Assembly (NCBI GenBank): GCA_046290465.1
Contig: JBKAGP010000001.1
Location: 1,664,001-1,728,000 of the forward strand
From: Planctomycetota bacterium
Lineage (GTDB): Bacteria > Planctomycetota > UBA1135 > UBA2386
Direction: 5' to 3'
Length of the DNA stretch: 64,000 nucleotides
Positions 56,231-64,000 of the stretch are shown here, piece by piece. A model generated the notes under the pieces. It was not told the DNA's origin, made no database searches, and was given only the letters and a program-made list of their open reading frames with translations. Within the stretch, counting starts at the first letter, position 1; every line of letters begins with the position of its first letter. A program made the position numbers and the translations under genes.

Positions 56231-59200
56231 GTGCTCGATCGCTTCCACCCTACCGTCGCCACCTGGTTCCGCGACCGCCTCGGCGACCCGTCACCACCGC
56301 AGGTCGCAGGCTGGCCGCACATCGCCGGCGGCGAGCACACCCTGATCGCCGCGCCAACCGGCTCTGGCAAGACGCTCGCCGCGTTCCTGCACGCGCTCGA
56401 CGACCTGCTGCGACTCGGCGACGCGCTCGGCGACGACCTGCACGTCGTCTACGTCTCGCCGCTGCGCGCGCTGGCCAACGACGTGCAGAAGAACCTGCAG
56501 CAGCCACTCGCCGAACTGCGCGCGCGCAACCCGTCGCTGCCGGACGTGCGCGTCGCGGTGCGCAGCGGCGACACGCCCCAGAAGGACCGCCAGGCGATGC
56601 TGCGCAAGCCGCCGCACATCCTGGTGACGACGCCCGAGTCGCTCTACATCCTGACGACGACCGAGCGCGGCCGCGCGATGCTCGGCAAGGCACGCACGCT
56701 GATCGTCGACGAGATCCATGCGCTCGCCGGCAGCAAGCGCGGCAGCCACTTCGCACTGACCTGCGAACGGTTCGACCACCTGGTGCGCGAGCAGGGCGGG
56801 CAGCTGCAGCGCATCGGCTTGTCGGCGACCCAGAAGCCGATCGAGCAGACCGCGGGGCTCTTGGCCGGCCGCGGCCGCGACTGCCGGATCGTCGACGTCG
56901 GCCACCGACGCGAACTCGACCTCGCCGTCGTCGTGCCCGGCGCACCGCTCGACACGATCTGCAGCGGCGAGACCTGGACCGAGGTGTTCGCCCGCATCTG
57001 CGCGCTGATCGAACAGCACCGCACGACCCTGGTGTTCACCAACACCCGCAAGATGGCCGAGCGCGTCGCCGCGCGGCTGCGCGAGACGCTCGGCAAGGAG
57101 GCGGTCACCAGCCACCACGGCTCCCTTGCCAAGGAACGCCGCCTCGACGCCGAGCAGCGGCTCAAGCGCGGGGAGCTGCGCGCGCTGGTCGCGACCAGTT
57201 CGCTGGAGCTCGGCATCGACGTCGGCGACGTCGAACTGGTCGTGCAGATCGGGCCGACGCCGACGATCGCCGCGTTCCTGCAGCGCGTCGGCCGCGCCGG
57301 CCACACGCTCGGCGCCACCCCGAAGGGCCGCCTGTTCCCGCTGACCCGCGACGAACTGGTCGCCGCCGCGGCGACCGTGCACGCGGTGCGCGCGGGCGAA
57401 CTCGACCGGACGATCCAGCCGCAGAACGCGCTCGACATCCTGGCGCAGCAGATCGTCGCCGCCGGCGCGACTGCGACCTGGGCCGAGGACGAGCTGTTCG
57501 AACTGGTCACGACGGCCTGGCCGTTCCGCACGCTCTCGCGCGAGCGCTTCGACGCGGTGCTGGCGATGCACGCCGACGGCCGCACCGCGCTGCTGCACAG
57601 GGACTCGGTGCACGGCACGGTGCGCGGCACGCGGCGCGCGCGGCTGACCGCGGTGACCTGCGGCGGCGCGATCCCCGACGTCGCCGACTGGCAGGTCGTG
57701 CTCGACGACGACGACACCCCGGTCGGCACGGTGCACGAGGACTTCGCGATCGAGTCGTCGATCGGCGACGTGTTCCAGCTCGGCACCACCAGCTGGCAGG
57801 TCCGCCGCATCAGCAACGGCACGCTGCGCGTGGCCGACGCCCACGGCGTGCCGCCGAGCCTGCCGTTCTGGATCGCCGAGGGGCCGTCGCGATCGGACGA
57901 GCTGGCGCGCGCGGTGTCGCGCGTGCGCCAGCGCGGCGTCGACGTCGGCTGGCTGCGCGAGGCGTGCGGGCTCGGCGACGACGCTGCCGAACAGCTCGCC
58001 GAATACCTGCAGCAGGGCCGCGACGCGCTCGGCGCGACCCCGTCGCACGACACGCTGGTGCTCGAACGGTTCTTCGACGAGACCGGCGGCCAGCAGCTGA
58101 TCCTGCACGCGCCGTTCGGCAGCCGCATCAACCGCGCGTTCGGCCTGGCGCTGCGCAAGCGGTTCTGCGTCGGCTTCGGCTTCGAGCTGCAGGCGGCGGC
58201 CAACGAAGAGGCGCTGCTGATCTCGCTCGGCCCGATGCACAGCTTCCCGCTGACCGACGTCTGGCAGTTCTTGAACCCGAAGACGGTCAAGGACGTGCTG
58301 ATCCAGGCGATGCTGCCGGCTCCGCTGTTCCAGGCCCGCTGGCGCTGGAACGTCACGCGCTCGCTGCTGGTCGAGCGGTTCCGATCCGGTGGCAAGGTCC
58401 CGGCGCCGCTGCTGCGGTTCCGCGCCGACGACGCACTGGCGACCGCGTTCCCGGCCGCGCAGGCGTGTCCCGAGACGCTCCCCGGCGGGCCGATCGACGT
58501 GCCGCTCGACCACCCGATGGTCGACCAGACCGTGCACGACAGCCTCTACGAGGCGATGGACTTCGACGGTCTGCACGCGCTGCTGGTCCGGATCCAGAAC
58601 GGCGGCGTGCAGCTGCTCGAGTGCGAGCGCAGCGAACCGTCGCCGTTCGCCGCCAGCATCCTCAACGCGATGCCGTACGCGTTCCTCGACGACGCCCCGC
58701 TCGAAGAGCGACGCACCCAGGCGGTCGTCACCGCGCAACGCGGCGGCGCCGCGCGCACCCGTGACGAGTCCGACAGCGAGCTCGACCCCGACGCACTGCA
58801 GCAGGTCCGCGAGGAGTGTTGGCCGGAGCCGCGCGACGCCGCCGAACTGCACGAGGCGCTCGGCTGGATGGGCTGGCTCGAGCGCAGCGAGGTCGGTGAC
58901 GACTGGCGGCCGTGGCTCGACGAGCTGCTCGCCGACGGCCGCGCGCTGCCCGACGGCGAACGGCTGTTCGCGCCGGAGGCCGATCGCGCCCCGCTGGCCG
59001 CGTGGCGCGGTCGCCTCGAAGCGGTCATCCCGGTCTGGGACGACCAGCTCGACGACGACGACCGCGAATCGCTGCGCGCGCTCGAGGCCGAAGGCACCGC
59101 GATGCGCGCGCGCTGCCAGGGCCGCGAGCTGTGGGCCCACCGCCGCCTGCTCGCGCGCGTGCGCCGCGCCATGGTCGAACGGCTGCGCCGCGCGGTGCGG

Positions 59201-60061
59201 CCGGTCAGCAAGGCGGACTACGAGGCGTTCGTTCCGATCTGGCAGAAGGCGACCCCGACGACGCGGCGCACCGGTCCGCTCGGACTGTCGGAGACCCTGT
59301 CGCAGCTCGGCTGCCTCGCCTGCCCGACCGAGCGCTGGGAGGACGAGGTGCTGCCCAACCACCTCGATCGCTACCACCGCGAGTGGCTCGACCAGGTGAC
59401 GCTGTCCGGCGAACTGGTCTGGCTGCGGCTCTGGGGGCCCTGGCGCGGACCGCTGTCGAAGCTGCCGCTGTCGATCGTGCCGCGCAGCGAGCTGCACCTG
59501 TGGCTGCAGCTGCCGCTCGACCGCGCCGACGTCGACGACCTCGGCGGCGACGCGCGCGGCCTCTACGACCTGCTGCAAGAACGCGGCGCGCTGTTCCCCA
59601 CCGACCTGCAGGCCCACGCCAAGCTGCTGCCGAGCCACTTCGAGGACGCGCTCGGGGAGCTGGTCGGCGCCGGGCTGGTGACCTGCGACTCGTTCGCCGC
59701 GATGCGGCAGCTGGCGATCGCGCCGAGCAAGCGACGCTTCCCGCTGTTCGCGGTCGGCCGCTGGAGCCTGCTGCCGGTGCCGGCCGCCGACACCCGCGCC
59801 AGCGACGAGGCGATCGAGATGGTCGCCGGTGCGCTGCTGCGACGGTTCGGGGTGCTGAGCCACGCGCTGCTGCTCGACCACAAGGTGCCGATCCCGTGGC
59901 GCCTGCTGCTGCGCACGCTGCGGCAGTTCGAGCTGCGCGGCGACGTGCGCGGCGGCCGCTTCGTCAGCGGCTGGGCCGGCGAGCAGTACGCGCTGCCCGA
60001 CGCGGTGGCCGAGCTGCGCCGCGTCGCACGGGCCGATGCGAACGCCAAGAGCGCGGGCTGA
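56231..60061 (+). CDS. lhr: Lhr-family DEAD/DEAH helicase (long form)
   Basis: APTGSGKT, SPLRAL.ND, TTPESL, DEIH, GLSAT, HHGSL, SLELGID, QRVGRAGH; C-terminal RGGRFVSGWAGEQYALP. Confidence 0.93.
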   Translation: MLDRFHPTVATWFRDRLGDPSPPQVAGWPHIAGGEHTLIAAPTGSGKTLAAFLHALDDLLRLGDALGDDLHVVYVSPLRALANDVQKNLQQPLAELRARNPSLPDVRVAVRSGDTPQKDRQAMLRKPPHILVTTPESLYILTTTERGRAMLGKARTLIVDEIHALAGSKRGSHFALTCERFDHLVREQGGQLQRIGLSATQKPIEQTAGLLAGRGRDCRIVDVGHRRELDLAVVVPGAPLDTICSGETWTEVFARICALIEQHRTTLVFTNTRKMAERVAARLRETLGKEAVTSHHGSLAKERRLDAEQRLKRGELRALVATSSLELGIDVGDVELVVQIGPTPTIAAFLQRVGRAGHTLGATPKGRLFPLTRDELVAAAATVHAVRAGELDRTIQPQNALDILAQQIVAAGATATWAEDELFELVTTAWPFRTLSRERFDAVLAMHADGRTALLHRDSVHGTVRGTRRARLTAVTCGGAIPDVADWQVVLDDDDTPVGTVHEDFAIESSIGDVFQLGTTSWQVRRISNGTLRVADAHGVPPSLPFWIAEGPSRSDELARAVSRVRQRGVDVGWLREACGLGDDAAEQLAEYLQQGRDALGATPSHDTLVLERFFDETGGQQLILHAPFGSRINRAFGLALRKRFCVGFGFELQAAANEEALLISLGPMHSFPLTDVWQFLNPKTVKDVLIQAMLPAPLFQARWRWNVTRSLLVERFRSGGKVPAPLLRFRADDALATAFPAAQACPETLPGGPIDVPLDHPMVDQTVHDSLYEAMDFDGLHALLVRIQNGGVQLLECERSEPSPFAASILNAMPYAFLDDAPLEERRTQAVVTAQRGGAARTRDESDSELDPDALQQVREECWPEPRDAAELHEALGWMGWLERSEVGDDWRPWLDELLADGRALPDGERLFAPEADRAPLAAWRGRLEAVIPVWDDQLDDDDRESLRALEAEGTAMRARCQGRELWAHRRLLARVRRAMVERLRRAVRPVSKADYEAFVPIWQKATPTTRRTGPLGLSETLSQLGCLACPTERWEDEVLPNHLDRYHREWLDQVTLSGELVWLRLWGPWRGPLSKLPLSIVPRSELHLWLQLPLDRADVDDLGGDARGLYDLLQERGALFPTDLQAHAKLLPSHFEDALGELVGAGLVTCDSFAAMRQLAIAPSKRRFPLFAVGRWSLLPVPAADTRASDEAIEMVAGALLRRFGVLSHALLLDHKVPIPWRLLLRTLRQFELRGDVRGGRFVSGWAGEQYALPDAVAELRRVARADANAKSAG

Positions 60062-60086
60062 TCGCCTCGCCCCCCGGCGCGGGCCG

Positions 60087-60440
60087 ATGAACGCGTCGAG
60101 GAACGACGTGACCAACACCAGCCGACGCGATGCCTACTCCGCGCGCGTGATGCTCCGCCGCATCGGCGGGCGCGACGAGCAGTTCGGAGCGACGATCCGC
60201 GAGCGCATCGACGAGATGATGGCGTTCCTGGACGCGGTCATCCTGCGCCTGCCGGACGATCCGCCCGACGACATGGTCGAAGAACTCGAGCGCGTCGTCA
60301 CCACCCTCAGCACCGCCGACGCCAGCCTCGCCAGCGGCAACAGCACCGCATCCCTGCAGATGATCGACCTCGCCCGAGCCCGCCTCGAGCGCTTCGTCCG
60401 CAAGACCCCCTCCCTCCCCGATCCAAACACCGCAACCTGA
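60087..60440 (+). CDS. Small helical hypothetical protein
   Basis: ORF with typical codon usage directly after lhr; amphipathic helices; no motif recognised. Confidence 0.55.
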   Translation: MNASRNDVTNTSRRDAYSARVMLRRIGGRDEQFGATIRERIDEMMAFLDAVILRLPDDPPDDMVEELERVVTTLSTADASLASGNSTASLQMIDLARARLERFVRKTPSLPDPNTAT

Positions 60441-60493
60441 ACCCGGTTCCGTATGCGGCGCCAGACACCGCATACGGAACCGGGTTCAGGTTG
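60433..60493. repeat. 26-bp perfect inverted repeat (REP-related; possible bidirectional terminator)
   Basis: CAACCTGAACCCGGTTCCGTATGCGG, 9-nt loop, then its exact reverse complement. The arms contain the TGA stops of both convergent genes. Confidence 0.85.
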
Positions 60494-61027
60494 TGGCTTC
60501 GAGCAGGGCGGGGAGGTCGAGTTGGTCGCCGCCGGCGCGGTCCTGCCATTGGTAGCGGAGGGTGCCTGTGGCGTCGAAGACCAGGGCGCCGCCCTGCTGC
60601 CAGGGGTCGCCCTGGACGCGGGCGGGCAGGAAGCCGCCGAACAGCGCGCGCAGGCCGTGCAGGATCGTGCGCCAGTGGAACGTCGCCAGCACGCCGCGCT
60701 TCATGCCGGCGGCGGTGAAGGCGTCGCGCGACGGATCGCCCAGCACCGGGCAGGAGAGCTGCTGGTCGTCGCGGAACGCTTTGGCCATCGCCGGGGTGCC
60801 GGGGCCGACGAACACCATCTGCGCGCCGCGCTCGGCGAACTGCTGCTCGTGGCCGCGCAACTGCGCGACCCGTTCGCGGGTGAACAGTCAACCGAAGTGC
60901 CGCACGAACACGACCACCAGCGCGCCGCCTGCCGACGACGGTTCCGCGCCGCCGGGCAGCAGGCTGCGCAGCGTCACCGGCCGGTCGTCGCCGTCGCGCA
61001 GCGCGACGTCGAGCACGTCGTCGGGAC

Positions 61028-61031
<4 letters not shown>
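60486..61031 (-). CDS. Peroxiredoxin-like AhpC/TSA (SelL/PRXL2-type) protein with in-frame TGA, probable selenocysteine at codon 48
   Basis: ATG 61031 overlaps the sulfatase stop. It reads ...LVVVFVRHFG-TGA-LFTRERVAQLR..., in frame with ORF 60486-60860 (VFVGPG, VLGDP, GDPWQQGG). The TGA occupies the first Cys of the family motif RHxGCxxC. Confidence 0.85.
60851..60887 (-). promoter_or_regulatory. Candidate bacterial SECIS hairpin
   Basis: Downstream of the TGA: stem GGUCGCGC/GCGCGGCC with loop AGUU, 25 nt after the UGA. An alternative hairpin ACCCG-CGAA-CGGGU lies closer. Confidence 0.55.

Positions 61032-64000
<2,969 letters not shown>

Noticed and set aside
56231..60440. Helicase-based anti-phage system
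   Set aside because: The protein is a standard Lhr repair helicase with no nuclease, methylase or other defence partner; the small downstream ORF has no recognisable motif.
60486..60860. A separate 124-aa gene or a pseudogene
   Set aside because: The upstream in-frame segment supplies the thioredoxin-fold N-terminus, and the single TGA falls exactly at the catalytic Cys, so Sec readthrough is more parsimonious.

Overview
A very GC-rich, gene-dense bacterial chromosomal window. It is almost certainly from the Planctomycetota/PVC superphylum: it carries the PVC 'small basic protein', planctomycete-type ECF sigma factors with large C-terminal extensions, an ECF/Ser-Thr kinase pair and two sulfatases. 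Housekeeping and metabolic genes include feoAB, PNPase, queE, an aminotransferase, family-4 UDG, Lhr helicase, an M28 peptidase and frmA. Main accessory findings: (1) a 12-kb envelope locus (29.1-41.4 kb) in which two paralogous lipoprotein secretins bracket two exported TPR-like proteins and an ExbB + 2x ExbD proton motor, with no TonB, TonB receptor, pilin or secretion ATPase in the window; (2) a convergent operon one gene further on, encoding a BY-kinase-like ATPase without a Tyr cluster, a coiled-coil protein and a clear MamK-type actin with no other magnetosome genes; (3) a compact type II PKS-like cluster (ACP, KS, CLF, adenylating enzyme, flavin halogenase, MMPL exporter); (4) a peroxiredoxin-like gene split in the ORF track by an in-frame TGA at the redox Cys position, probably a selenoprotein (U-x-x-T) with a SECIS-like hairpin; (5) a ~37-bp REP/REPIN-like repeat family that overlaps the stop codons of convergent genes. 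No rRNA, tRNA, CRISPR array or transposase was recognised. All assignments are by eye from motifs; no database search was run.
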